Positions 25,848 to 35,453 of a stretch of 59,053 nt of DNA are shown in pieces. The stretch comes from an uncultured Gammaproteobacteria bacterium (GTDB lineage: Bacteria; Patescibacteriota; Microgenomatia; Daviesbacterales; UBA10151). A program made the translations under genes and the position numbers. The notes below the pieces were generated by a model. The model made no database searches. It saw nothing but the letters and a program-made list of their open reading frames with translations, and had not been told where the DNA came from. The DNA lies in assembly GCA_964523905.1 (NCBI GenBank), contig CAZFYQ010000007.1, forward strand, positions 10,135 through 69,187. Direction: 5' to 3'. Within the stretch, counting starts at the first letter, position 1. The number at the start of each line of letters is the position of its first letter.

Positions 25848-26906
25848 TTAAGGTCTTAATATTTGCCCATATGGACCGATCACTTGTCCATTTTCAAAAA
25901 CAGTCTGTCCTCTTAAAACGACCTTTGTTACTTTGCCCGTCACTTCCCTTCCCTCAAAAGGGCTCCACTTACATTTAGTAAATAACTGGTCGCCAGTAAT
26001 AGTATATTTTTCATCCAGGTCAACTTCTACCAAACTATCCGGTTGCTCTGGAATATCAAAAATTCGTCTGGGATTTTTGGAGGTTAGATCTATAACTTGC
26101 TGAGTAGTGAGCCTTCCCTCGCTAACTGCGGTTAGTAAAAGAGGAAGACTAGTTTCCAAACCAGGTACACCATTAACAACCGTTCCAGGGGCTTCTTTCT
26201 CCTCTTTAGTGTGAGGTGCATGATCAGAGGCAATCATGTCAATGTAATCCAAGTTAGCCCACAAAGCTTGCTGATCCTCTTTTGTAGCCAAAGGCGGTCT
26301 CATCATGCCAAATGGACCTAGTTTTTTAACATCCTCCTCTGTTAAGAAAAGGTGGTGACAGGAAACTTCACAGCTGATACTTAACCCTTCCTGTTTAGCT
26401 TGTTTGATCTGATTAATTTCAGAGGCTTGTGAAATATGGCAAACATGCAACTTTTGCTTAAATTTCCTGGCCAAATTAATGGCCTTTGCTAAAGTTTCCC
26501 CTTCTGCATGAACCATAATTATTTTGCCCTTCGGCCATTTGGAGAAAACATCCTCCAAAGCCTGTTCATCCTCCATTAATAAATCCCCGGTGGTGTGATT
26601 CATATAAACTTTCAAAGCAAACACTTGGTTTTTAACTTGTTCAAAATACTGACTGCTGGTAGGAGTAGCTCCAAAATTAAATCCCACATCAGCGTAAATT
26701 CGACCGGTAGCCAGGGTAATTTTCTGTTCTAAAGCTTCAGGAGAAATAGTGGGAATGGGATTATTTGGCATATCTAAAATCGCTGTGTAGCCTCCGGCAA
26801 TAGCAGCCTTTGTGCCAGTTTCAAAATCCTCTTTTTGAGTAGCCCCTGGTTCCCTTAAATGAGTGTGGACATCAATTAGTCCGGGTAAAGTAATTATCTT
26901 TGACAT
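25848..26906 (-). CDS. pyrC: dihydroorotase (short form)
   Basis: Amidohydrolase motifs DVHTHLREPG and DHAPH, in pyr operon context. Confidence 0.85.
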   Translation of the reverse strand: MSKIITLPGLIDVHTHLREPGATQKEDFETGTKAAIAGGYTAILDMPNNPIPTISPEALEQKITLATGRIYADVGFNFGATPTSSQYFEQVKNQVFALKVYMNHTTGDLLMEDEQALEDVFSKWPKGKIIMVHAEGETLAKAINLARKFKQKLHVCHISQASEINQIKQAKQEGLSISCEVSCHHLFLTEEDVKKLGPFGMMRPPLATKEDQQALWANLDYIDMIASDHAPHTKEEKEAPGTVVNGVPGLETSLPLLLTAVSEGRLTTQQVIDLTSKNPRRIFDIPEQPDSLVEVDLDEKYTITGDQLFTKCKWSPFEGREVTGKVTKVVLRGQTVFENGQVIGPYGQILRP

Positions 26907-26936
26907 TAGCTTAAATGTTAGCTTATAATCGTAATT

Positions 26937-27203
26937 ATGGCAACCGAAACACAGAAAGAAAAAACTTTTAGAGAAGAATTATTTGAACAATTAGTTACTC
27001 TTTCCACCACTGGATTTGGACTGGTAGCAGCCTTGGCCTGGAATGATGCAGTACAGGAATTTGTTAAACAATATATTCAACCTTTTTATCCAAATGGCGG
27101 AGTAATCTCTAAATTCCTCTATGCTTTGTTCATTACTTTGCTGGCAGTACTGATTACCTATCAACTATCCCGCTTGGCAGCCCGCTTTGGTGTTAAGAAG
27201 TAA
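26937..27203 (+). CDS. small two-helix membrane protein
   Basis: 88 aa with two hydrophobic helices. Function unknown. Confidence 0.5.
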   Translation: MATETQKEKTFREELFEQLVTLSTTGFGLVAALAWNDAVQEFVKQYIQPFYPNGGVISKFLYALFITLLAVLITYQLSRLAARFGVKK

Positions 27204-27222
27204 ACCGTAGGACTATTTCCTT

Positions 27223-28299
27223 TCAGGAATTAATTTTTCCGTCTTCTACCTTTAAGATTCTGGCTGAATCCAAAAAGCTTTGAGGAATATTTTCCAGTTC
27301 CACTGTGGCAATAATGGTTTGCTGTTTACTTACAGCTTCTACAATATGGGCCCGGTGAGTTGCATCAAGTTCTGAAAATACATCATCTAATAAAAGAATT
27401 GGTCTTTTACCCATTATTTTAGCCATATATTCTAGCTGCGCCATTTTAAAAGCTAAAGTGGCTGTTCTTTGCTCCCCACGAGATCCAAAATGGGCAATAT
27501 TTCTACCATCCTGTGTTACAGCAAAATCATCCCTGTGTGGTCCTATCAAAGTCACTGCTGCTGCCACTTCCCGATTGGTTGTGGCTTCTAATTTCTCAAT
27601 TGACAAGGGACTTGGTCGATACTCAAACTGAAAATCTCCTAAAGGTTTATCCAAATGATTTATAAGAAAATCTTGATGCTTCGCAATAAAATCAAAAAAC
27701 TCTTGCCGGGCTGTAGAAATCACCTGACCTTTAACAAATAACTCTTTGGTCCAGTAATCCAGCTCATCAACTTTGGCCAAACCTTCCCTAATTCTTTTTA
27801 AGACTCTGTTTCTGTTAGTTAAAATCTGCTCATACAGAGTTAGTGCCTTTTTGTAGGAACTATCTACCTGAGCCAGTCCTAAATCCAAATGCCACCTACG
27901 TAGACTGGGAGATCCGGTTACCAGATTAATATCAGATGGGTAAAAAATTACTGCCGGTAAGTTACCAATAAAATCAACCGCCCGTTTGGCAATACCATTA
28001 ACCATTACCTTTTTTCTAAAAGCCACATCAGAACCTGGCCGGTTAATTACTACCAACAGTTCAGTTTCCGGATCTGATAAAAATCCTTCTACTCTACCAA
28101 ACTCTTGACCTTTTTTAATTAATTCATCTTCAGTTTCCGCCCGTAGAGATTTAGTAGTCGAAAGTAGATAAATAGCCTCTAAAATATTGGATTTCCCCGC
28201 AGCATTATTACCGACAAAAATAGTCGGACGATTATCAAAATCCAAAGACAGGTTGGAATAATTACGAAAGTTGATTAGATTTAAACTTTTAAGAAACAT
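27223..28299 (-). CDS. recF: DNA replication/repair protein RecF
   Basis: Walker A GNNAAGKSN and Walker B LLLDDVFSELD. SMC-like architecture. Confidence 0.9.
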   Translation of the reverse strand: MFLKSLNLINFRNYSNLSLDFDNRPTIFVGNNAAGKSNILEAIYLLSTTKSLRAETEDELIKKGQEFGRVEGFLSDPETELLVVINRPGSDVAFRKKVMVNGIAKRAVDFIGNLPAVIFYPSDINLVTGSPSLRRWHLDLGLAQVDSSYKKALTLYEQILTNRNRVLKRIREGLAKVDELDYWTKELFVKGQVISTARQEFFDFIAKHQDFLINHLDKPLGDFQFEYRPSPLSIEKLEATTNREVAAAVTLIGPHRDDFAVTQDGRNIAHFGSRGEQRTATLAFKMAQLEYMAKIMGKRPILLLDDVFSELDATHRAHIVEAVSKQQTIIATVELENIPQSFLDSARILKVEDGKINS

Positions 28300-29671
28300 C
28301 CTTTTCCCAGTGTCCCATCCCTAGAAAATCTTTCATTTTATTTGGCAAAATTTTACCAGGTAGAAAAAGAGCTGGTTTTATACCAAAAAATCCAATTAAC
28401 ATAATCGTTATACCCAAACCAACAAAAATAGGAGCAGTGCCAAAGATATCTGCCAAAATTCCAGTCAGGAAAACCGGTACTAAAGATAGGGCTGACATGG
28501 CTACTCCCAGCACCGCAAACACCTTACCCCGATCACTATCTCCGGTATTTTCCTGTAACACAGTTTGAGTTGGCACCATAATCGAAACCATGGCAATGCC
28601 CATTAAAAATGAGCCAATGGCCAATACAGTTGAAAGTGAGGGCTGAGTAATAAAACTTAAGGCTTTTGGCCCATGATGAAAATACTTAACAGCTGGTGAA
28701 ATAATTGGGGCATTACCCACCAGGAAAAACAGCAGTCCGCCAAAAATTACCGCTTTGCCAACCAAAGATCTCCTGATAAACCGATGAGCCAGTTTACTTA
28801 AGATAAAACCACCGGCCACAATCCCTAGCCCCAAAGGAATTACCACCACATAAGAAGCCTCTGTAGCTTTAATTCGCAAAGAATTTTCCAAAAATCCCGG
28901 CACCAACACTGCCAAAATCCCAATTACCATTTGCACACCGGCTAAAATACCAATGGAAGTTAAAACCGGTAAGTTATTTTTAACTAACCGCATGGTTCTG
29001 GCAATTTCCTGCAAACTGACTTTTTGAATCGCCAAATACTGCCCTTTTTTCAAAGCCAGCAGCAGCTCCTTGCCTTGTTGATTAGGCGGAGTCACAATGG
29101 ATGGAAAAGTTAAAGCCAGCACAAAAGCAATTGCTAAGGCCGCTCCGCCAAAACCAAAAACAAAATCAATTCCCAAATGATTAATTAATGGACCAGCCAA
29201 TCCAAAACCTAGCAAAAAACAGCAATACAGTGTCACTGAAAAAATGGAATTAGCAGTGGTTAATTGATTTTTTTTAACTACCAAAGGAATTGCCGAAGCC
29301 TCAGTCGGAGCATAAAATTGGCCAAAAGTACTGCTGATGAAAGTAATCAAAAGCACCACCGGATAACTTTCCTTTAAAAAAATCAGACTAAAAAAAGCCA
29401 GCGATAAAAAGAAGTTAATTACCAAAATAATTTTTCTTCGATCAATAATATCAACCAATACCCCGGCAAACAAACCTAAAATTGCTGCCGGCAAGTAAAT
29501 TGCAAATAACAAAGCCGACACTGCCGTATTAGAGCCGGTTAAGCTAAATACCCAAATAATCAAGGCAAAATTTAAAGAATTAAAAGATAGTTGCACCAAA
29601 ATCTGGTTAACCCAGAGGTTTAAAAATCCCCGGTTTTTAATTACCGAGGAAAATGTAGGGTTTTCTGCCAT
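28289..29671 (-). CDS. MFS transporter
   Basis: 460 aa with about 12 hydrophobic helices and a basic DRRK loop between TM2 and TM3. Confidence 0.75.
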   Translation of the reverse strand: MAENPTFSSVIKNRGFLNLWVNQILVQLSFNSLNFALIIWVFSLTGSNTAVSALLFAIYLPAAILGLFAGVLVDIIDRRKIILVINFFLSLAFFSLIFLKESYPVVLLITFISSTFGQFYAPTEASAIPLVVKKNQLTTANSIFSVTLYCCFLLGFGLAGPLINHLGIDFVFGFGGAALAIAFVLALTFPSIVTPPNQQGKELLLALKKGQYLAIQKVSLQEIARTMRLVKNNLPVLTSIGILAGVQMVIGILAVLVPGFLENSLRIKATEASYVVVIPLGLGIVAGGFILSKLAHRFIRRSLVGKAVIFGGLLFFLVGNAPIISPAVKYFHHGPKALSFITQPSLSTVLAIGSFLMGIAMVSIMVPTQTVLQENTGDSDRGKVFAVLGVAMSALSLVPVFLTGILADIFGTAPIFVGLGITIMLIGFFGIKPALFLPGKILPNKMKDFLGMGHWEKDVS

Positions 29672-29693
29672 AGACTATTCCTGATTATACTTT

Positions 29694-30569
29694 TTATACG
29701 CTCTTTTGACAATTTGGACAAAAGTATGTACCTCTTCCACCCAGTTGGAGCTTCTTTATTTCTGTGCCACAGATTTTACAAGGTCGTTTGTCTTTCCAGT
29801 AAACAAAGGCATAATCTAGAAAATATCCTTTTTTACCATCCGGATCTACAAAATGAGTTTTACTGGAACCACCATGTTTAATCCCATCTTTTAAAGCCTT
29901 AATTGTCCCTTCATACAATGATTGGAACTGCTTATCAGTTAAACTACCTACTTTAATCCGCGGATCTAATTTCCCGTTAAAACAAGCTTCATTAGCATAA
30001 ATATTGCCTACTCCGGAAACTACAGACTGATCCATTAATGCCACTTTAATTGGCATGGATTTATGACGCAGCAGATTAGTTTTTAAAACCTCCCAGCTAA
30101 AACCTTTTTCCAAAGGTTCTGGTCCAAGTCCCTCCACATACTTTTCTATTTCTACTTTGTCTGTTGCAACTTCCTTAACCCAACCAAACCGTCGTTGATC
30201 ATTAAAATATAGTAAAGATTTATCTGAAAAAGTAAAAATAACTCTGGTTGTTTTATTTGGCATCTCTAATCTCATGTCTTGAGTGGGATGACCTCCGATA
30301 AATCTACTGTTGCCTGTACCCTGTTGCCTGTCCACTATTACTAGCTGTCCAGTCATCTTCAGATGAATTGCTAAGGAAATACCCGAACTTAAATCTATGA
30401 CTAACAGCTTAGAAAAACGCCTGATATTGAGTACTTTTTTACCCTGCACTATTTTACTATCTCCAATGAAAGATTTGGGAGCCAACACCTCAATTTCCTT
30501 AATAGTTAGTCCAATAATTTTCTTTTGTAGGCCAAGTCTGATGGTTTCAACTTCTGGAAGCTCCGGCAT
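29694..30569 (-). CDS. mutM: formamidopyrimidine-DNA glycosylase
   Basis: N-terminal MPELPEVE, H2TH region, and C-terminal zinc finger CKICGT...CPNCQ. Contains the heptamer tract DRQQGTGNS. Confidence 0.9.
   Translation of the reverse strand: MPELPEVETIRLGLQKKIIGLTIKEIEVLAPKSFIGDSKIVQGKKVLNIRRFSKLLVIDLSSGISLAIHLKMTGQLVIVDRQQGTGNSRFIGGHPTQDMRLEMPNKTTRVIFTFSDKSLLYFNDQRRFGWVKEVATDKVEIEKYVEGLGPEPLEKGFSWEVLKTNLLRHKSMPIKVALMDQSVVSGVGNIYANEACFNGKLDPRIKVGSLTDKQFQSLYEGTIKALKDGIKHGGSSKTHFVDPDGKKGYFLDYAFVYWKDKRPCKICGTEIKKLQLGGRGTYFCPNCQKSV
30307..30333. repeat. heptamer tract (CTGTTGC CTGTACC CTGTTGC CTGTCC) in mutM
   Basis: Translated as DRQQGTGNS. Confidence 0.85.
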
Positions 30570-30573
30570 TAGT

Positions 30574-31155
30574 TTAATTAACTTTCTTTCCTAGTTTGAA
30601 TTTAACTATCACAAAAAGTGTAGATGCCATTAGTAATAAGTAAAGCGAAAAACCATAATGGGGAAAATCCCATTGTTTAATTGTCAGCAGTGTAATTATT
30701 GAGCCTATTACTCCCATCAAATAGGTTACTGAACTTTCTGTTTCAGGAGCCTTAATTGATTTTAAAATTGTAGGAGCAGCTGCCAAAGCATCAGCTAAAA
30801 TGGAAAAAAAGATAGCTATATCTCCTACTTTTGTAAATAACCATAGGATTAACCCTACCACTGAAACAGCTCCACAAATTAAATCAAAACTGGAAATTTT
30901 CCACTGGGCTTTTTTATTGATAAAGGAAGCAAAAAATATCACAAATGGCCCAAAGCCTACAGCAAATGTCAGTAAGGATACTAAACCAACCCCTTGATTA
31001 AGCTGGGCTACAAAGGCAATCATGGGAGCCAATCCCCATAAAAACCAAGTTACTTTATTTGGTTTAACTTTTCCAGATAATGTACCTTTAAGGTAGCTCA
31101 GATAACCATAGAGGGTCAAAACAACTGCTAAATAGATAAACTTTTCATCCAGCAT
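30574..31155 (-). CDS. integral membrane protein (about 6 TM helices)
   Basis: 193-aa hydrophobic ORF. Confidence 0.5.
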   Translation of the reverse strand: MLDEKFIYLAVVLTLYGYLSYLKGTLSGKVKPNKVTWFLWGLAPMIAFVAQLNQGVGLVSLLTFAVGFGPFVIFFASFINKKAQWKISSFDLICGAVSVVGLILWLFTKVGDIAIFFSILADALAAAPTILKSIKAPETESSVTYLMGVIGSIITLLTIKQWDFPHYGFSLYLLLMASTLFVIVKFKLGKKVN

Positions 31156-31173
31156 ATTAAGAGGATTTTAACA

Positions 31174-31425
31174 CTATTTATAAAAAGGCAGTTGGTTTCT
31201 AAGAGCATCTACAAAATTTAAAACTTCATTTTCATGGCTAATTACAATGGTTACTAGTCCGGCAAAAACGATTGAGGGTAAATGGCTTCTTAGACTTTCT
31301 TGCATTGGGCTTCTTTGCGCAGTCTCATGCCCTCTTAAGTTGGTACCACTCCCAGGCAAAAAATCCTTAATTGCCCTGGAAAATTCTTGTCCATGTCGAA
31401 TAATATCTGGAGAGAGAACAGCCAT
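31174..31425 (-). CDS. hypothetical protein (83 aa)
   Basis: Co-oriented ORF filling the gap. A TTGACA box (31457-31462) lies upstream. An antisense alternative ORF (31247..31495) runs into the aldolase gene. Confidence 0.4.
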   Translation of the reverse strand: MAVLSPDIIRHGQEFSRAIKDFLPGSGTNLRGHETAQRSPMQESLRSHLPSIVFAGLVTIVISHENEVLNFVDALRNQLPFYK

Positions 31426-31465
31426 ACAATCTAATCAAATACCTTTTGCAGGGGCTTGTCAAATG

Positions 31466-32464
31466 CTAGGCAGAGAGTTTACCCAAGCGGGCTAAAGAGA
31501 CTTTTTTAAGGCGGGATAAAAAGCCTTGTTGGCCTGCTTCGACATTCTCTTGCTTACCAGCCCAAATCATTAAAGCTTCATCCTGCAAAGCCCGGCCATA
31601 GGAAAAACTGAGTTGCCAAGGGCTACCTGGAATCAGATTGATCTCGTGTAAATTCTCTGTGGCTTGATCCGGAGTTTGACCGCCAGACAAAAATACAATT
31701 CCTGGAACCTCACTCGGCACTGTTTGTTTAAAAGTTTCCACTGTAGCTTTGGCAATTTCCTGACTGGATGCCTGAACAGGACTGGTTTTTCCGGCAATTA
31801 CCATATTTGGCTTTAAAATCATGCCTTCAAGTAATACTCCAGCTGCTTTTAGCTCGGCAAAAACTTTGTTAAGAGTCCTGGTGGTTACTTGCTGACATAC
31901 TTCCAGAGTGTTACTCCAATCCATTAGCACCTCTGGCTCTACAATGGGTACAATCCTGGCTTGCTGACAAAGTAATGCATATTGAGCCAGGCGTTTAGCA
32001 TTTTCAGCAATACAATCATCTGTAGGAATTCCTTCTCCAATGGTAATTACTGCTCTCCACTTGGCAAATTTCGCTCCCATCTTGGCATATTCTGCTAATC
32101 TTTCAGCCAAGCCATCCAATCCTTCAGTAATCTTTTCTCCTGAGTGATTTTCCATATCTACTGCCCCTTTATCTACTTTAATTCCTGGTAAAATGCTTTT
32201 ACTTTGCAGAAAGTCCGGCATCGGAATTCCATCGATACTTTGCCTAATGGTTTCATCATATAAAATTACACCACTTAAATACTCCTCTGCCCCTGGAGTG
32301 GTAAACAGCATTTTTCGATAAGCTAAATTTGTTTCCGGGCTGGAAGTTAAGCCGATTTTATCAAACCGTTTTTGAATGGTTTTATCCGATTCATCAGCAG
32401 CCAGGATTCCTTTGCCAGCTGCTACCATCTGATTTGCGATTTCTTTAAGTAAATTTGTATCCAT
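31466..32464 (-). CDS. fructose-bisphosphate aldolase, class I (Schiff-base, eukaryote-like)
   Basis: 332 aa with the GILAADES motif and class I FBA-like sequence throughout. Confidence 0.85.
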   Translation of the reverse strand: MDTNLLKEIANQMVAAGKGILAADESDKTIQKRFDKIGLTSSPETNLAYRKMLFTTPGAEEYLSGVILYDETIRQSIDGIPMPDFLQSKSILPGIKVDKGAVDMENHSGEKITEGLDGLAERLAEYAKMGAKFAKWRAVITIGEGIPTDDCIAENAKRLAQYALLCQQARIVPIVEPEVLMDWSNTLEVCQQVTTRTLNKVFAELKAAGVLLEGMILKPNMVIAGKTSPVQASSQEIAKATVETFKQTVPSEVPGIVFLSGGQTPDQATENLHEINLIPGSPWQLSFSYGRALQDEALMIWAGKQENVEAGQQGFLSRLKKVSLARLGKLSA

Positions 32465-32473
32465 AATACTCTT

Positions 32474-32539
32474 GTCATTCTGAGCGATTAGCGAAGAATA
32501 TAATCCTGAAATTATACCCTTCGTTTCACTCAGGGTGAC
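32474..32539. repeat. complete palindromic element between the GlpX-like and aldolase genes
   Basis: GTCATTCTGAGCGATTAGCGAAGAATAT ... ATACCCTTCGTTTCACTCAGGGTGAC. Confidence 0.75.
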
Positions 32540-32540
32540 A

Positions 32541-33539
32541 CTATCGATGTATTTTAGTATCTATATTTACCCCTGTGCTGTCAACAGTTAAGGTAGTTAC
32601 TTGGTGGCCACCACCTTTTTCCTCTACCCCTTTTAAAGTAAACCATTTATTTTCCTCTGTAATAGTGGTAAAAGTGACCAGACAATCCTCTAATTTTCCT
32701 GAAACCAGATCATCTACTGACCAAACTTTTCCATATTTAGACTGAGTTACTTTATCCCCTGACCAGCCCTTGGCCTCAACTGCTGCACCAAGAGCCTTAC
32801 CAGCTACAGCTGCAATAATACCCTCTTCAAATCCACCACTGCCCATGATTAAATGAATGCCTTTTTTATGGGTAGAAGGGTCTGTAAAAGACAAAATAGA
32901 TGGCAAAAAGTCTCCGGCTTTTAGCAAAATTAGATTAACCCCAAATTTTTCGCAGGCATTGATGTAACGAGCATTTCTATCCCGATCAAGGATGACCACA
33001 TTAATTTCTTCTGCCTGAACCTTAAAAGTATCAACTACTTCTGCCAGATTTTCTTCAACAGAATTAGTCATGGAAATCTTACCCTTAAGCTGCGGTGGAC
33101 CAAATAATTTATCCATGTAATCAATATCCCCGGGAGTTGCCATTAGACCATGATGAGAAGAAACAGCCATCACGGAAATAGCCCCGGGTGTGTTTAATTT
33201 AGCGGCTTTTGAACCTTCCACCACATCATTTACCATATCCAGTTTTAAATCCCCACTGCCAAATACTCCTTCCAGAGTTGGCAAAGCTTCTCCATATTGA
33301 TGAACATGCTTTCTACCCTCACTGCCCACAATTTCTAAAACAAACGGAATGTCAGTTAAAGCAGTCGCCATGGCGTCAACTCCAGCCTGATCAATTAGCT
33401 TTTCTCTTTTAATCGACTCTTCTTCTGTTAACAAGTCATCCTTGGAAAATCCCTGTTCTTTAATCAAACGGGAAACGGAAATAGCAGTAAGTTCTGTTGC
33501 GCGAGTAAGATGTTTTTTAACTTCGTCCATGTTTAGCAA
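32541..33539 (-). CDS. glpX: GlpX-like class II fructose-1,6-bisphosphatase
   Basis: Collinear with GlpX motifs as remembered: DVVEGS (DPIEGT), DYMDKL (MYMEKL), GSGGFEEGIIAAVAGKAL (GIGGAPEGVVSAAVIRAL). Confidence 0.7.
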   Translation of the reverse strand: MLNMDEVKKHLTRATELTAISVSRLIKEQGFSKDDLLTEEESIKREKLIDQAGVDAMATALTDIPFVLEIVGSEGRKHVHQYGEALPTLEGVFGSGDLKLDMVNDVVEGSKAAKLNTPGAISVMAVSSHHGLMATPGDIDYMDKLFGPPQLKGKISMTNSVEENLAEVVDTFKVQAEEINVVILDRDRNARYINACEKFGVNLILLKAGDFLPSILSFTDPSTHKKGIHLIMGSGGFEEGIIAAVAGKALGAAVEAKGWSGDKVTQSKYGKVWSVDDLVSGKLEDCLVTFTTITEENKWFTLKGVEEKGGGHQVTTLTVDSTGVNIDTKIHR

Positions 33540-34638
33540 TTAAATCTAACACTTCTTGCTTAAATCTTTCAACAGAGAACTTTTCAGCATTTTTGCGTAA
33601 ATCTTCTTGGTTAAATTTAGCATTGGCAAATTTCTGCAAAGCACCTACTAATGCATCTACTGTTACCATCCCCGGACCACCATATAAAAGTCCGGTTTTA
33701 TCATCAATCACTGTTTCCAAAAAGCCACCTGAAGCCGGAGCAATCACCGGAGTACCAGCGGCTTGAGCTTCAATAGAAGTAATCCCAAAATCTTCATCCT
33801 CTGCAGCTACAATTAAAGCCTTGGCATTTTGCAAGAGGTCTATCCTCTTCTCATCGCTAACCCATCCAATGAGTTCAATAGATTTATGATTTAAGATTAA
33901 AGATTTAAGATTTTCTAACTCAGGGCCGGTGCCTGCAATTTTTAATGGCAAATTTAATTCCTGACAAGCTTCGATTATGATATCCACTCCCTTCCCTCTT
34001 GCCAGTCTACTAAGGACTAAAAAGTAATCACCTTTTTTGCCTAATGCCTGTTGCCTAATGCCTGTTACATCAACCGGCGGATACACCACCACTGAGTCTC
34101 TTCTGTAAAACTTTTTAATGCGGTTTTGAATATTTTTGGAATTGGCAATTAGCAGATCCGGCCTTTGGGAAACTTCAAAATCATAAATCCGCATAATGTG
34201 GTTAATTAACTCTCCACCTAAACGTGTCCACCAATGCTTTTTATAATTAAAAGAGGTGGTATAGCCATATAAAAATCTGGGTGGAGTATGGATATAACTT
34301 AAATGCAAAGTTTCCGGCTTGGTAATTACGGATTTGGATAAATGTGTAGCCGATGAAGAAGAAATCACCAGGTCATATTCGGAAAGATCAAAACTTTCAA
34401 ACATCATTGGGGCAAAGACTCTAAAAGGAGACAGTAGCCGGTTAGCAAAGGGGAATTTCTGAAACCAGGAAGGCCTAATATCCCAATCGGAAAACCGCTT
34501 GCCATTCTCCCCCATCAATTTTAAGTTGACATAGGTAGTATAAACCGGAGCCTTCGGAAACATCTCATGTAAAGTTTCCAAAACTCTTTCTGCCCCACCA
34601 TATTCCCTTAAAAAATCATGAGCAAGTGCTACTTTCAT
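33517..34638 (-). CDS. glycosyltransferase family 4 (GT-B)
   Basis: C-terminal E-x7-E region EDFGITSIEAQAAGTPVIA. Contains two heptamer tracts. Confidence 0.8.
   Translation of the reverse strand: MKVALAHDFLREYGGAERVLETLHEMFPKAPVYTTYVNLKLMGENGKRFSDWDIRPSWFQKFPFANRLLSPFRVFAPMMFESFDLSEYDLVISSSSATHLSKSVITKPETLHLSYIHTPPRFLYGYTTSFNYKKHWWTRLGGELINHIMRIYDFEVSQRPDLLIANSKNIQNRIKKFYRRDSVVVYPPVDVTGIRQQALGKKGDYFLVLSRLARGKGVDIIIEACQELNLPLKIAGTGPELENLKSLILNHKSIELIGWVSDEKRIDLLQNAKALIVAAEDEDFGITSIEAQAAGTPVIAPASGGFLETVIDDKTGLLYGGPGMVTVDALVGALQKFANAKFNQEDLRKNAEKFSVERFKQEVLDLIAKHGRS
33881..33915. repeat. AT-rich heptamer tract (GATTTAA family x5) in the GT4 gene
   Basis: GATTTAT GATTTAA GATTAAA GATTTAA GATTTTC, translated as ENLKSLILNHK. 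This is the opposite orientation to the tract at 18301. Confidence 0.75.
34041..34068. repeat. heptamer tract (CTAATGC CTGTTGC CTAATGC CTGTTAC) in the GT4 gene
   Basis: Translated as VTGIRQQALG. Confidence 0.85.
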
Positions 34639-35438
34639 GCAGTCTTAGCTATTTCGATTAGTTGCTCAAAGGACAGTTTGGTGGGTTTGGAATCTGGGGC
34701 TGATGAAGATCCGCAGATTACCATATGATGAGATTGGTGTAAAAACCAGGTTGCTTCCGGATCCTCTGCTATTACTTTATCAAAAATGCCTTTGATATCT
34801 TTTTCCGGTGCAAAGTATTGGACTGAATTGTATTTGGGATCATACATTAAAAACAAATCTCCCCCCTGCTCCCGACAAAATTCTCTATTAACAGTTTCAG
34901 AAACAACTGCCACTGCTTTACCAAAAACAGATTCAAATTCAGTTCTCTTTTCCCAGTCTAATATGGACTGCTCTTTTTGCATCAATACTGGCAGAATCCG
35001 ATTTAAGATTTCTTCCCCCAATTCAACTGATTTCTTGGAACTATCCTGAGAGTTATCCTTAATTCTGATAAATGACTGAATACTAAATTCATCAAACGCT
35101 GAAGACGGAGCTTTACCGGTATCTATTAATTGATTCCAGTTAATTAGCTTGGCAAAAGCTTTTTGGGTAATATCATCTTGGGGAATTTTCCCGGCCTGAT
35201 TTAAATATCCATAAACCAAAGTCCCGGCACAGGTCTCTAATCCTTCTTTATGTTCATCAAACTGACCTCCGCCGGTGCCAATATATATTTTATCAGCTGA
35301 TTCATCAGAGGCTGCATCGCGGGAAGCTGAAATAAATTCCAAATTAGCTTCTTTAAATTCCGGATCATATTTTCTAAACAGCCACATCCCTAAGATATCA
35401 TCTAAATGTGGATTGATATGTGTTACGAGAGTTTTCAT
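34635..35438 (-). CDS. hypothetical protein, possibly a MYG1/UPF0160-like metal-dependent hydrolase
   Basis: The LVTHINPHLDD...GTGGGQFDEH pattern resembles the MYG1 THxxxxHxDE...GG.YD..H arrangement. This is weak and recalled from memory. Confidence 0.4.
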   Translation of the reverse strand: MKTLVTHINPHLDDILGMWLFRKYDPEFKEANLEFISASRDAASDESADKIYIGTGGGQFDEHKEGLETCAGTLVYGYLNQAGKIPQDDITQKAFAKLINWNQLIDTGKAPSSAFDEFSIQSFIRIKDNSQDSSKKSVELGEEILNRILPVLMQKEQSILDWEKRTEFESVFGKAVAVVSETVNREFCREQGGDLFLMYDPKYNSVQYFAPEKDIKGIFDKVIAEDPEATWFLHQSHHMVICGSSSAPDSKPTKLSFEQLIEIAKTA

Positions 35439-35453
35439 GTATACTATTCTAAC

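Noticed and set aside
31247-31495. An 82-aa plus-strand ORF.
   Set aside because: It runs into the 3' end of the aldolase gene and is antisense to a co-oriented ORF that is preceded by a TTGACA box. Confidence in either ORF is low.
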